A DNA stretch of 64,000 bases from Chitinivibrionales bacterium (GTDB taxonomy: Bacteria > Fibrobacterota > Chitinivibrionia > Chitinivibrionales > WJKA01), in assembly GCA_038247415.1 (NCBI GenBank), contig JBBRUX010000001.1, positions 1-64,000 of the forward strand. Direction: 5' to 3'. The position numbers and the translations under genes were made by a program. Positions 49,206 to 59,502 of the stretch are shown piece by piece (position 1 is the first letter of the stretch; each line of letters begins with the position of its first letter). The notes beneath the pieces were generated by a model that made no database searches, was not told the origin of the DNA, and was given only the letters and a program-made list of their open reading frames with translations.

Positions 49206-50549
49206 TTATAACCCCTCGACCTGGGCAAGCATCGTTTTTACTTTATCAAGGGCTTCAAAATATTCACTTTTCTCAAGAACATCCTGTCGCATGAATTCAG
49301 TCATGGGACCATGCAACTTTATGGCCTTATCGACCCGTGCGTTGCTCCCGGTAGCATAGGCACCGATTTGTATTAAGTCTTCGTTTTCTCGGTATGCAGC
49401 TAAATAATCTTTGATGCGCGATGCAATTTTCTTATGGTCTGCAGAAATGACATCACTCATACACCGAGAAATTGATTCCAGGATATCGATGGCAGGAAAA
49501 TGATTACGATGTGCCAATTTACGAGAAAGAACCAGATGCCCATCCAAAATAGACCTGGCAGCATCTGCGATGGGTTCATCCATATCATCACCATCAACGA
49601 GTACGGTAAAAATTCCTGTTATCGTTCCTCGGTCAGAAGTGCCTGCTCGCTCAAGAAGTTGAGGCAGCATCGCAAATACCGATGGCGTATACCCTTTTGT
49701 TGCAGGAGGCTCTCCTATAGCAAGGCCAATTTCCCGCTGTGCCATGGCAAGACGCGTTATGGAATCTACCATAAAAAGGACATCTTTTTTCTGATCCCTA
49801 AAATACTCTGCTATTGTGGCCGCTACCATTGCCCCTTTAAGTCGAATAAGTACCGGTTGATCTGATGTTGCAACAATAACGATTGATCTTTTTAAACCTT
49901 CTTCCCCCAGGTCCCGTTCGATAAACTCCCGGACTTCTCTTCCCCGTTCGCCAATAAGAGCAATAACGTTAATATCTGCTTTGCAATGCTTAGCCATCAT
50001 ACCCATGAGAACGCTTTTGCCCACTCCGGACCCTGCAAAAATACCCATGCGCTGGCCTTTACCAATCGACATCATTGTATCTATTGATTTTATCCCCGTT
50101 TCAAATATATCCTTTATTCTTGTTCTGGTAAGGGGGTTGGGTATACGGGAAAAAACGGGTCTAGATTGCTGTAGTGCAAGTGGGCCTTTTCCATCGAGGG
50201 GATTTCCTAAACCATCAAGGACTCTACCGCACAAGGCATCGCCCACTTCAACAAGAAGGGGCTGTTTTGTCGAAACAACGGTGAGACCCGGATGAATCCC
50301 TTCGATATGTCCAAGCGGCATTAAAAGCGTTGAATCTTTACGAAACCCAACAACTTCGGCACGTCCAACCACACGTCCATTTTTTTCCAGTAAACATACA
50401 TCGCCAACAGAAGCGTTGGGCCCGTTTGCTACAATCAGAAGTCCAATAACTTCTACAACTTTTCCATGAATGCGTATTGGGTCGGTGTTCGCTAATTGAC
50501 TAAAAAGCGGTGCATAGATGGAATCGAGATCAAGCAGCTCGGGCGCCAT
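49206..50549 (-). CDS. fliI: Flagellar export ATPase FliI
   Basis: GQRMGIFAGSGVGKS, LIGERGREV, DSITRLAMAQREIG, ILDGH. Confidence 0.97.
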   Translation of the reverse strand: MAPELLDLDSIYAPLFSQLANTDPIRIHGKVVEVIGLLIVANGPNASVGDVCLLEKNGRVVGRAEVVGFRKDSTLLMPLGHIEGIHPGLTVVSTKQPLLVEVGDALCGRVLDGLGNPLDGKGPLALQQSRPVFSRIPNPLTRTRIKDIFETGIKSIDTMMSIGKGQRMGIFAGSGVGKSVLMGMMAKHCKADINVIALIGERGREVREFIERDLGEEGLKRSIVIVATSDQPVLIRLKGAMVAATIAEYFRDQKKDVLFMVDSITRLAMAQREIGLAIGEPPATKGYTPSVFAMLPQLLERAGTSDRGTITGIFTVLVDGDDMDEPIADAARSILDGHLVLSRKLAHRNHFPAIDILESISRCMSDVISADHKKIASRIKDYLAAYRENEDLIQIGAYATGSNARVDKAIKLHGPMTEFMRQDVLEKSEYFEALDKVKTMLAQVEGL

Positions 50550-50564
50550 GAATTGATTCCTGAT

Positions 50565-51416
50565 CTAGATGGATTCGTGCGGATGAGAAGTAATTTGATC
50601 ATACTCGTTTGGCTTTATTGTTTCCCAGAATTTTTCTACAAGCTCAGAAAGTTCATCAAAAACAACCCCAAGCCTTGAATCTGCAGAGCCAGAATTAGAT
50701 TCGATAATGCAACCACCCGCCTCGATAGTAGGATCTGAAATAATGGTTATGCCACTTATCTGTTCCCCTTCGGGCAACCAGGCTTCTTTGTTAGTTTTAA
50801 TAATATCACAAAGCGAGGGAGATACGCGAACAATAACACGTTGACGTTCTGCTACATACGAGAGAGTTTTTTTAACGATATCGATAATATGATCGGGCTT
50901 AATGGTAAGTTCTGCAGCAACAACCTTTCGAGCACACGCAAGCGACAAATTAACAATCATATGATGCGCATTTGCAAGAACAGTATCATGCTGTAGCGCC
51001 ATTTTTTCTACGCTCTTGCGTACAATGTCCTGGATCCGACCAACGCGTTCGTTAAAGACTTTTTCGGAAGCGCTGTGCCCTTCGAGGTGTCCTTGTGCAC
51101 TTCCTTCGGTAAAGCCCTTCTGATACGCTGCATTCAATACATCTTTAGACCGTTTTTTTTCCGCCTCCAACTCTGCTTTTAATTGAGCGACCTGTTTTTC
51201 GACCTCTAGAACATGCCGCTCTTCATCGGAGAACGAAAGCTTTGCCCCTTCATCCTTGCGGAATTCATCGTAACCAATTGGTTGACAAGGAAAAGACCCT
51301 GCAGATTCCCGTTTATTTTTAAGAATTCGACGCAAGCCTATAACGGCTGGATCGGGGGTGGTAAGAATTGTATCTATGAGCGTTGTAATATCGGAAGATG
51401 ACATAGTTGCATTCAT
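50565..51416 (-). CDS. fliH: Flagellar assembly protein FliH
   Basis: AY..G...G...G repeats, VRVSP, GGCIIES..G..DSR. Located between fliG and fliI. Confidence 0.9.
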   Translation of the reverse strand: MNATMSSSDITTLIDTILTTPDPAVIGLRRILKNKRESAGSFPCQPIGYDEFRKDEGAKLSFSDEERHVLEVEKQVAQLKAELEAEKKRSKDVLNAAYQKGFTEGSAQGHLEGHSASEKVFNERVGRIQDIVRKSVEKMALQHDTVLANAHHMIVNLSLACARKVVAAELTIKPDHIIDIVKKTLSYVAERQRVIVRVSPSLCDIIKTNKEAWLPEGEQISGITIISDPTIEAGGCIIESNSGSADSRLGVVFDELSELVEKFWETIKPNEYDQITSHPHESI

Positions 51417-51483
51417 AGGGAGCTCGCTATGACAGGGGTGGTATACCTTATATTCATTCTAGATTGTACCATTCAAGCGAGCA

Positions 51484-52563
51484 TCAAACTACAATTTCTT
51501 CTTCGCCTCCACGTCCGGAAATAATGATTTCTCCATCTTCCTCCAAACGTCGAACGACATCGACAATGCGTTGCTGTACATCCTCGACATCTTTGAGACG
51601 CACTGGCCCCATAATTTCCATTTCTTCTTTTATCATTTCTGCGGCGCGTGAAGACATATTCTTGAAGAACTTGGTTTGTAGCTCTTCGGAAGCACCCTTG
51701 AGGGCCATGGAGAGTTCCTTGGTATCGATTTCTTTGAGTACGCGCTGCATTGCACGATCGTCGAGCAAAAGGACGTCCTCGAAAACAAACATAAGATTTT
51801 TGATTTCGGTGGCCAACTCGGGATTTTCGCGCTCCAAATTGCCCAAAATATTTTTTTCTGCACCGCGATCAACATTATTGAGCATTTCTGCAACAGCTTT
51901 AACGCCGCCAACCTGAGAGACATCACCACCAAAAAGCGATTTCATCTGGCCTGCAAGTACTTCTTCGACCTGTGCGAGTGTATCGGGTGAAATCGATTCC
52001 ATGGTCGCAATGCGTGTGGCCACATCGACTTGTAATTCTTGAGGGAGAGCCGAAACAATTGCCGCTGCATTAGGTGCATCCATGTGTGCCAGAAGTAAAG
52101 CAATAGTTTGCGGATGTTCTTTTTGAATAAAATTGACAAGCTGCTTAGGATCAACATTTTCGAGAAGATTAAAACCAGTGGTTCGAATAGTTTGCTGAAT
52201 TTTTTCGAGAATCTCTTTTGCCTTACGTGAACCCAGTGCTGATTCGAGCACCTCGCGAGCGTAATCGATACCACCCTGGCTTATATATTGCGAAGCCATG
52301 GCAAGGTTATGAAACTCTTCGAGAACCGCCTCGCGTATATCGGGCGGAACATTGTTAAGCTTTGCAATTTCTGTCGATAACATTTCGACTTCGGGCTCAT
52401 CGAGATTTTTGAAGATCTGAGACGATGCTTCGGAACCGAGGGCAACCATGACAATTGCAGCTTTTTGAGGACCAGGTAAACGTGCAGCTATAGAACCAGG
52501 TACCGCAGCACCATTTTTCTGACTTTCCCCGCCGTAATCTTCCTTGAAAAATCCTTGTGGCAT
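51484..52563 (-). CDS. fliG: Flagellar motor switch protein FliG
   Basis: QKAAI, GGIDYA, EHPQTIA, MFVFED, NMSSRAA, GPVRLKDVE. Confidence 0.97.
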   Translation of the reverse strand: MPQGFFKEDYGGESQKNGAAVPGSIAARLPGPQKAAIVMVALGSEASSQIFKNLDEPEVEMLSTEIAKLNNVPPDIREAVLEEFHNLAMASQYISQGGIDYAREVLESALGSRKAKEILEKIQQTIRTTGFNLLENVDPKQLVNFIQKEHPQTIALLLAHMDAPNAAAIVSALPQELQVDVATRIATMESISPDTLAQVEEVLAGQMKSLFGGDVSQVGGVKAVAEMLNNVDRGAEKNILGNLERENPELATEIKNLMFVFEDVLLLDDRAMQRVLKEIDTKELSMALKGASEELQTKFFKNMSSRAAEMIKEEMEIMGPVRLKDVEDVQQRIVDVVRRLEEDGEIIISGRGGEEEIVV

Positions 52564-52642
52564 GATGCGCGCATTCTTCCTTGATGCAAAGTATTATTTA
52601 AATCTGTTTATACAGTATATCTCAATAATTCAGATACATCCA

Positions 52643-54226
52643 TTAGTTTTTACCTTTTGATCCCGATTTAGCCGGAGCCACTCCAACCGGGATTTCACGT
52701 AACCACTCACGGATAATGGATGCTATATTGATAGGTTCTTCTCGCGTCAACATTTCGACACGCTCAAGAATCTCGGAGCTTCTGCGCAACTCTTCGGGAA
52801 CTTCTACCGGCACATCTTCGGGCATACCCAGCAACTCAACACGGGGAACCGGTGGATTAAGAGCATCGGCAATGGTTTTTGCAACGCTGCGTAAAAACAG
52901 AATGAGCAAAATTGCAAGAATGAAAAGTGCGGCATATTTTGCAACAGTCAACTTGAATTCCATATCGTCCTGACTTTTCATCTCTTCGCGCTGATCTCGC
53001 ACAAATTCATTGTCAAAATGCAAGTTAGTCACGGCAATCTGGTCGCCTCGCGCAACATCGTATCCTACTGCATTTTTAACAATATTTTCGATTGCACCAA
53101 TATCATCGGTTGTTCGTGCAACATAGACAGGTTTGCCATCCTTGCCTTTTTCGTATTTTCCATCAACAACAACCGATACCGTCATCCGCTTGATATTGCC
53201 AATTTCCCCAATCACATGCTCTACGGTTTTGTTAATTTCGTAATTGGTGAGCGATTTTTCTTTCTGTTGATCGCCATCGGGTGCATTTTTAACATTTTCA
53301 TCGGTTCGTTCTTCCGATCGGACAACTTTACTTTCGGGATCAAATTGCTCTAACGTTCTTTCGACCCGATCAAAATCCATATCAAGTGATACTTTAAGAT
53401 TTGATTTACCAGGCCCTAGTACCCCTTCAAGCATCCCCGCTGCCTTATTTTCGAGATAGCGCTCGACATTTTGCTGCAATTCAACATTTTGGGAACTTGC
53501 CATTGAACTGGGATCGCCCGAAAAAGGGCTCGTTAAAAGTTTGCCTTCAAAGTCGACAATAGCAATATTCTCGGGCTTTAATCCTTCAACGCTCGACGAC
53601 ACAAGGAACATGATTCCGCGTACTTTATCTTTTGGAAGATCGCGCCCCGGCACGGTGCGCACAACAATCGATGCCTTAGCATCTTTTTGATTGTCGAGAA
53701 AAATGGTTGGTTCTGGAATCACAATATGCACACGAACCGATTTGACTTCGTCAAGACCTTCAATGGTACGTTGAAGCTCGCCTTCTAATGCCCGTCGCGC
53801 ATTGACTTTTTGGACAAAATCGGTCATTGCCAAATTTGTTTTATCAAAAATTTCATAGCCCACACCATGCGATTTTGGAAGTCCGTCACGTGCTAAAGAC
53901 ATACGAACTTCGTAAACCTTTTTAGCATCCACCATAATTGTGCGGCCTTCGTTTTCAATCTTGTATTTGTAACGGCCGTCATCGAGCTTTTTAATAATCT
54001 GACCAGCTTCATTAAGCTCTAGGTCGGAATAAAGCGTTTTATAGCCGGCAGGGCTTCCCGAAGATCCTGTCCCCGAAACTGCAGAATTTGCAGTCCAGAT
54101 AACCAGACTCATGAGCCCTATTGCGGTAAAGGTCACAAGTGCAACGGTAATTACTTTTTGCTGGAGAGAGAGTTTTTGCCAGATTGCCGAAAGTTGGGCT
54201 AAAAGCTGCTTAAAAAATTCTGCCAT
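52643..54226 (-). CDS. fliF: Flagellar MS-ring protein FliF
   Basis: GYEIFD, RALEGELQRTI, RVHIVIP, VSSSVEGL, NYEINK, AVGYD..RGD. Confidence 0.97.
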   Translation of the reverse strand: MAEFFKQLLAQLSAIWQKLSLQQKVITVALVTFTAIGLMSLVIWTANSAVSGTGSSGSPAGYKTLYSDLELNEAGQIIKKLDDGRYKYKIENEGRTIMVDAKKVYEVRMSLARDGLPKSHGVGYEIFDKTNLAMTDFVQKVNARRALEGELQRTIEGLDEVKSVRVHIVIPEPTIFLDNQKDAKASIVVRTVPGRDLPKDKVRGIMFLVSSSVEGLKPENIAIVDFEGKLLTSPFSGDPSSMASSQNVELQQNVERYLENKAAGMLEGVLGPGKSNLKVSLDMDFDRVERTLEQFDPESKVVRSEERTDENVKNAPDGDQQKEKSLTNYEINKTVEHVIGEIGNIKRMTVSVVVDGKYEKGKDGKPVYVARTTDDIGAIENIVKNAVGYDVARGDQIAVTNLHFDNEFVRDQREEMKSQDDMEFKLTVAKYAALFILAILLILFLRSVAKTIADALNPPVPRVELLGMPEDVPVEVPEELRRSSEILERVEMLTREEPINIASIIREWLREIPVGVAPAKSGSKGKN

Positions 54227-54271
54227 ACAATGTACTCCTTGTAAATCTTCTTCGTAGCATCCTGCTAACGA

Positions 54272-54574
54272 TTACAAACGAATTCTCATAACTTCCTGGT
54301 ATGCGTCCATAACCTTATTGCGCAATTCCATCATCATATTGAACGCGACATTTGCTTCTTCAACTGCAGACATAACCTGATGAACATCGGTAATTTCCCC
54401 GGCGGCCAGGTGCTTGATCGACTCGGAGGCTTTCGTCTGCATCTTATTGACATCGGTCATAAAGGTAGAAAGTGTATCCTTAAACGAGGGCCCATTCGGT
54501 TGAGCAGCACCCCCAGCAGTAGGACGAAGGCCCTCTGACGGATTTACTGGGCCAATTGATCGTAGTGCATCCAT
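54272..54574 (-). CDS. fliE: Flagellar hook-basal body protein FliE
   Basis: SF.D.L...VN, DVHQVM, RNKVMDAYQEVMR. Confidence 0.95.
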   Translation of the reverse strand: MDALRSIGPVNPSEGLRPTAGGAAQPNGPSFKDTLSTFMTDVNKMQTKASESIKHLAAGEITDVHQVMSAVEEANVAFNMMMELRNKVMDAYQEVMRIRL

Positions 54575-54643
54575 AATCGTATTCCTTTGAAGTAAGCCTC
54601 TAACGCATTCAGCCGCGCTTCATAACTTTAATAGTAACATAGA

Positions 54644-54928
54644 CTAAGCATATGAATCAAACAATTTTCCAATAAGCATTCTCGACGGAGATTGTGTCGA
54701 TTGCAGAGTAGCAGGCATTGCTGCCATAGACCGTGTGCGCGACATACCATAGGTTGAAAAAGGAACTTCCGGTCGAGCTACCTGCGGTGATCGGTTAGGA
54801 ACACTAAACGTAGGTCGCGATGCGATGGGTGCAGTAGCACCGGTTGCCAACGTCTGCTGCTTGGCAGCCACCAATCGCAAGAATGCATCGAGTCTCTGTT
54901 GTCCACCTGCAATATTCGTTATACTCAT
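54644..54928 (-). CDS. Hypothetical 94-aa protein between flgC and fliE
   Basis: ORF fills the gap, AAGGG RBS, low-complexity middle, C-terminal IGKLFDSYA. Confidence 0.65.
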   Translation of the reverse strand: MSITNIAGGQQRLDAFLRLVAAKQQTLATGATAPIASRPTFSVPNRSPQVARPEVPFSTYGMSRTRSMAAMPATLQSTQSPSRMLIGKLFDSYA

Positions 54929-54961
54929 GAGTTTGCCCTTTACGTAAACTTAGGATGTCGG

Positions 54962-55468
54962 TTAAATTTGAATAGCCTGCATCAACATGCTCTTGGTTGC
55001 ATTAAATGCTGTTACATTTGCCTCATACGCCCGCGTTGCAGCTATCATATCGGTCATTTCCTCAACTACATTTACATTAGGCATAGCAACATACCCTTCT
55101 GGATTGGCATCGGGATGACCTGGATCAAAAACAAGTCTTGGTGGTCTGGTATCCTCACGAATTTCGTCGACCCTTACTCCATTGCCAAAAAAACGCTCGT
55201 CACGAGGAAAAAGCAACGGCGGCATTTCGATATGATTTTTGTCGGTAACACTGCCCTGCAGTTTAACTTTTTGATTGATAATCTGAGTATCTTTTTTATC
55301 CGAATCGGCAGCCATAACAACAGATTGTCGCCGATAGGGGCCACCCTTGTCGGTTCGTGTAGTTTCGGCGTTTGCCAGATTTGACGAAATGGCAGTTTGC
55401 TTGATTCGTTGCGCACGCAACCCAGACGCACTAATCGAAAGCCCAGAAAATATTCCACTCATACTCAT
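54962..55468 (-). CDS. flgC: Flagellar basal-body rod protein FlgC
   Basis: ISASGL.AQR, NLANAETT, PYRR, DPGHPDA..GYV.MPNVN, RAYEAN. Confidence 0.97.
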   Translation of the reverse strand: MSMSGIFSGLSISASGLRAQRIKQTAISSNLANAETTRTDKGGPYRRQSVVMAADSDKKDTQIINQKVKLQGSVTDKNHIEMPPLLFPRDERFFGNGVRVDEIREDTRPPRLVFDPGHPDANPEGYVAMPNVNVVEEMTDMIAATRAYEANVTAFNATKSMLMQAIQI

Positions 55469-55487
55469 AGGATTCTACTCCCTGTGA

Positions 55488-55916
55488 TTACTGCTGTGGC
55501 AGAGACTTTGCCTGAATTGCAGCGTTAATTTTATTAAAAACGCCTTTTTCAAATTTGACAGCATAATTAAAAATGATCTGATTCTCTGCAAGCTTTGCCA
55601 TTTCTTCATCAATATCAACATTATTGACACCGCTTGGAAGTGTTGGATCGATTGGACGATATGCAGTAGCGTTGATTTCACCGATTCTTGGTTTGCCAAG
55701 GCCCATATGACGTTCGTTTGTAGTTGCCCCTTTAAGCTTTGAACGATCCAACGCATCCGCTAGATACTTCTCGAATTTAACATCAACTCTCTGATACCCA
55801 GGAGTATTTACATTGGCAATATTATTTGCTATAACGCGAGCTCGGAGCATAGAAGCATCGAGCGTTTTATTCATTACTGCCAGATTTGTTTTAGAAAAAA
55901 GAACTTGATCGAGCAT
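55488..55916 (-). CDS. flgB: Flagellar basal-body rod protein FlgB
   Basis: IANNIANVNTPGY, NNVDIDEEM..LAENQ. Start MLDQV after AAAGGA. Confidence 0.96.
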   Translation of the reverse strand: MLDQVLFSKTNLAVMNKTLDASMLRARVIANNIANVNTPGYQRVDVKFEKYLADALDRSKLKGATTNERHMGLGKPRIGEINATAYRPIDPTLPSGVNNVDIDEEMAKLAENQIIFNYAVKFEKGVFNKINAAIQAKSLPQQ

Positions 55917-55953
55917 ATTCGTTCCTTTCAGTTGATAACGCAGGGCTATTACA

Positions 55954-55969
55954 TGCAACTCCAATGCCA
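55954..55969 (-). promoter_or_regulatory. Sigma54 promoter of the flgB operon
   Basis: TGGCATTGGAGTTGCA, near-perfect TGGCAC-N5-TTGCW, about 38 nt upstream of flgB. Confidence 0.8.
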
Positions 55970-56233
55970 GATAATAAATACCTCGCGAGCCAAAGGATTT
56001 TTTTGGGTTATTTTTTCTCGCCACTCTCTACAATTACCTTCTTATTAAAGAGCTTCAATATTTCAACCTTGCACTTCAACCATCATTCATTCTTAATAAA
56101 TTCAAGGAGTTATGATTTTTCATGCAACAATATTTTAGATAGCTAAGAGCAGAAACGTCCTCTTTCATGTACGATACACGAAAGCACATCGAATCTAAAC
56201 CCAAGCACCTTGTATGCTTTTTTGTTTCTTATC

Positions 56234-56260
56234 TAAAGTCACTTGTTTGCTTGCCGATAA
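56234..56260 (+). promoter_or_regulatory. Sigma28 (FliA) promoter upstream of wza-wzc
   Basis: TAAA-N15-GCCGATAA, an exact consensus match. Confidence 0.7.
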
Positions 56261-56431
56261 TGCAGCCGGCCGAAAATGCCGATGATCAGGATAAAATTGC
56301 CTATGAGTGCACACAAGCAAGCAGCCGTGCTTAGATACCGTCGTGCTCTATTGGTATTGATCTCACACTGCATCTATGATAGTATCAATATGATACAATC
56401 ACGAAACATGATATACTTTATGAGGCAACGC

Positions 56432-57325
56432 ATGAGAAAGTTCCTTTTTTTTGCAGCATTTATTAGTACTTTGGCGAGCATAAGTTTTTCGGCAATAATC
56501 AAAAGTGGCGATGTTATTGACGTTATCGTACAAGGGCATCCCGACTATTCTGGTCGATTTACACTTTCAGATGCAGGCACCATCGAATACCCTTTATTAG
56601 CCGACGAACCGCTGCTTAACATTTCCACATCCGAACTCATGAATCACCTCACCTTTAAGCTTGCTAAATATATCGACAACCCCCTTGTTACCATTAGTAT
56701 CATCGACGAGCCAGAAATAACCATTCTTTGTGTAGGACAGGTGAATAATCCCGGGACAATCAAGACAAATTTAGGAGTAACCATACAAGAAGCACTCAAG
56801 CTAGCCGGGGGCACTTCTAAAAATGCCGACCTCGAACGGATTAAGATTCTTCATAAAGGAAAAGCAGACTACGATGCAGAAATCTTTAACCTCGACAGCT
56901 TTATGATCCGAGGCGATTTCGAAAAAATGCCAATCCTTGTCGACGATGATCGGATAGTAGTATTAACAAAAAAGGAATCAACCAAAGTTAAGGTCATAGG
57001 CGATGTTGTAAAACCTGGCTTTTATGAACTTACCGAGCCCACGACCCTTTTTGAAATTATCTATTTAGCGGGCGGGCCTGCCGAAAAAGCCGATCTGACT
57101 CGTATCCGCAGAATTTACAAACACGAAGGTAAATCGGCAGAAGATGTCATTAACTTGCAGGCATTTATCGACAATGGTTCTATGGATCAAATTCCTTTTG
57201 TAGCCGAAGGGGATGTTGTGATTGTATATCCCAAATGGTTTGATTGGAAGACGCTCATGGCAGTACTTCAAAACTCGTTGCTCTTTATTGTAACCATTCA
57301 GGCTTTTAGAGGAGCATTTAAATAG
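56432..57325 (+). CDS. wza: Polysaccharide export protein, Wza/OPX family (Poly_export plus two SLBB domains)
   Basis: GD.I.V.V, G.I.YPL, GQVNNPG, LAGG...ADL..I (twice), GDVVIV, C-terminal amphipathic helix. No lipobox Cys. Confidence 0.85.
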   Translation: MRKFLFFAAFISTLASISFSAIIKSGDVIDVIVQGHPDYSGRFTLSDAGTIEYPLLADEPLLNISTSELMNHLTFKLAKYIDNPLVTISIIDEPEITILCVGQVNNPGTIKTNLGVTIQEALKLAGGTSKNADLERIKILHKGKADYDAEIFNLDSFMIRGDFEKMPILVDDDRIVVLTKKESTKVKVIGDVVKPGFYELTEPTTLFEIIYLAGGPAEKADLTRIRRIYKHEGKSAEDVINLQAFIDNGSMDQIPFVAEGDVVIVYPKWFDWKTLMAVLQNSLLFIVTIQAFRGAFK

Positions 57326-59502
57326 TGATCGCAACCAATGCAACAAATCCACTTACGCTTCGGGGTGGAATGCAACTTAAAGATTACATCGGCGTCATTA
57401 TGCGACGGCGATGGATCATTATTATTGCACTCTTGTCGGTAGTCGCTTCAACCGTTTTTTATGTTACCCGTATCGAGGATGTATTCGAATCGTCTTCTAC
57501 TATTGTAATAGAAGAACAAACGACACTTATCGATCAAGCGATGAATTTTGGCTCAACCCAGTCACTCTCTTATTATCAAGGGATCTTAAATAGCAGAACC
57601 TACCTCGAAATGGTATTTGACAGCATTGGGATGAATGTTTTTGCTGCCACGTTTCCTAAAATTACCCGAGATGAAGCAATCTCCTATATCCAGGGATCAT
57701 TTTCTCTTAAGCCAACATCCTACACATCCTTTTACCGTTTTAATGCCCAGGCGAAAACACGCGAACTCGCCTATCTTATAGCATCAATTGGTACCGATGC
57801 TTTCAGATTACAATGCCAGGAAGTGGCTTCGGAACAAACCCGCCGAACCGTTTCTGAGATCGATAAACAATTGCAAACAATAAGAAAAAAGCTTGAGCAG
57901 GCAGAGGTTGACTTCAGATCTTATAAAGAACGTACCGGAGATGTTAGCGGAGGGACAACTCCCGAACTCAAAACCTTGCAGAGCGTGTATAGCGAAAATA
58001 TGGCTCAGCTTGGTGTAAAGGAAGCCGACCTCGACGCCGAAAACAAACAGCTTGCCCTTCTAGAACGCAAACTTACTCCGCTCGAGCAAGAACGCTCCCC
58101 CGAATATTTAAAGCTCCGTTCAAAACTCTCGGAACTCGAAAAAGAAAAGATGCGTCTCGAAAATCTAGGTATAAAGCTCACCGGTATTTCGACCATCGAT
58201 CGAGAAGTTGCAGAAATAGAAAAACAACTGCTCCAATACAAGCAGCCTGAGGGTGCCCAAACGATCGATACGCGCATTGTCAAACAGTGGCAGGAATTGC
58301 GTAAAATTGTTCTTAGTAAAGAAGGTGATTTAGAGCTTTTTAAACGAAAACTCGACTCGTATAAAAGCGCAATTGCATCTTACAAAAAAGGAAATCCAGA
58401 CCTTCTCACACAATCGCTGGAACTTCAACGGTTGGAACGTACTCGGCAAATTTATGAGACTATATACAATTTTCTTCTCAATAAAGCAGAAGAAGAACGC
58501 ATAAAAAGTTCAGCCACATCGGCCGGAATAAAAGTTGTTGACATTCCACGAATAGCAGGCTCCCCTATTCCAAAAAATCAGAATCGATTCTACCTTATAG
58601 GCATTCTCGTTGGCTTGGCACTCGGATTATTGCTTGCATTTTTTGCCGAGTACAATGATAGCACAATAAAATCCAATGAGGACGTTGAGCGCTATTTAGG
58701 GCTATCGGTACTCGGCACCATTCCGCATATTGTGCATGATAAAAAGAACGAGATGGAAATAAAACGAACCTCTTCTCGCAAACAAAAAGGAATTTCGGTG
58801 CTGGCCTATCCTAAACAGCTCCTTAATTTTGCCGGCGAAGATTCCATTATTACCGAAGCGTATCGTTCCTTGCGAACAAATCTTGCCTATATAAGCCCCG
58901 ATAAACCTTTACAGGCTGTACTACTTACGTCGGCAGGCCCATCTGAAGGAAAATCTCTTTCGATCTCTAACCTGGCACTTGCACATGCGCAAATGGGAAA
59001 AAGGACCCTTCTCATCGACACCGATTTGCGGCGCCCCATTCAGCATCATCTCTTTGGACTCAAACGCGAGCCTGGCTTTACAGAAATGTTTGTAGAAAAG
59101 CCCGACTACGCTAGTATTATTCGTCCTACGGGGCGTGAGAATCTCTGGATTATCACTGCGGGCATTTTTTCCCCAAATCCAGCAGAGCTTATTGGGTCTC
59201 AACGTATGGCAGAACACATCGCCTATTTTCGCAAGAATTTCGATATGATATTTTTTGATACCCCCCCTGCAGTTGCCGTAACCGACGCTGCGTTATTGTC
59301 AACGCATATCGATGGCATTATACTTGTTGTGAAAAGCCACCATACCGACCGGGAAGTTGCGCAGCGTGCTGTGCAAAGCCTTCGTAATGTTGGCGCAAAA
59401 CTAACCGGTGCCATACTTAATGATATCGACCTCACGCATCGCTATACCTCGTATGGCTATTACAAATATTATTATCACTATTACAAATCTAAAACTGACT
59501 AA
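57325..59502 (+). CDS. wzc: Polysaccharide co-polymerase / BY-kinase Wzc
   Basis: Two TMs flanking a coiled coil, EAYRSLRTN, Walker A GPSEGKS, IDTDLRRP, FDTPP, Tyr-rich tail YGYYKYYYHYY. Confidence 0.95.
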   Translation: MIATNATNPLTLRGGMQLKDYIGVIMRRRWIIIIALLSVVASTVFYVTRIEDVFESSSTIVIEEQTTLIDQAMNFGSTQSLSYYQGILNSRTYLEMVFDSIGMNVFAATFPKITRDEAISYIQGSFSLKPTSYTSFYRFNAQAKTRELAYLIASIGTDAFRLQCQEVASEQTRRTVSEIDKQLQTIRKKLEQAEVDFRSYKERTGDVSGGTTPELKTLQSVYSENMAQLGVKEADLDAENKQLALLERKLTPLEQERSPEYLKLRSKLSELEKEKMRLENLGIKLTGISTIDREVAEIEKQLLQYKQPEGAQTIDTRIVKQWQELRKIVLSKEGDLELFKRKLDSYKSAIASYKKGNPDLLTQSLELQRLERTRQIYETIYNFLLNKAEEERIKSSATSAGIKVVDIPRIAGSPIPKNQNRFYLIGILVGLALGLLLAFFAEYNDSTIKSNEDVERYLGLSVLGTIPHIVHDKKNEMEIKRTSSRKQKGISVLAYPKQLLNFAGEDSIITEAYRSLRTNLAYISPDKPLQAVLLTSAGPSEGKSLSISNLALAHAQMGKRTLLIDTDLRRPIQHHLFGLKREPGFTEMFVEKPDYASIIRPTGRENLWIITAGIFSPNPAELIGSQRMAEHIAYFRKNFDMIFFDTPPAVAVTDAALLSTHIDGIILVVKSHHTDREVAQRAVQSLRNVGAKLTGAILNDIDLTHRYTSYGYYKYYYHYYKSKTD

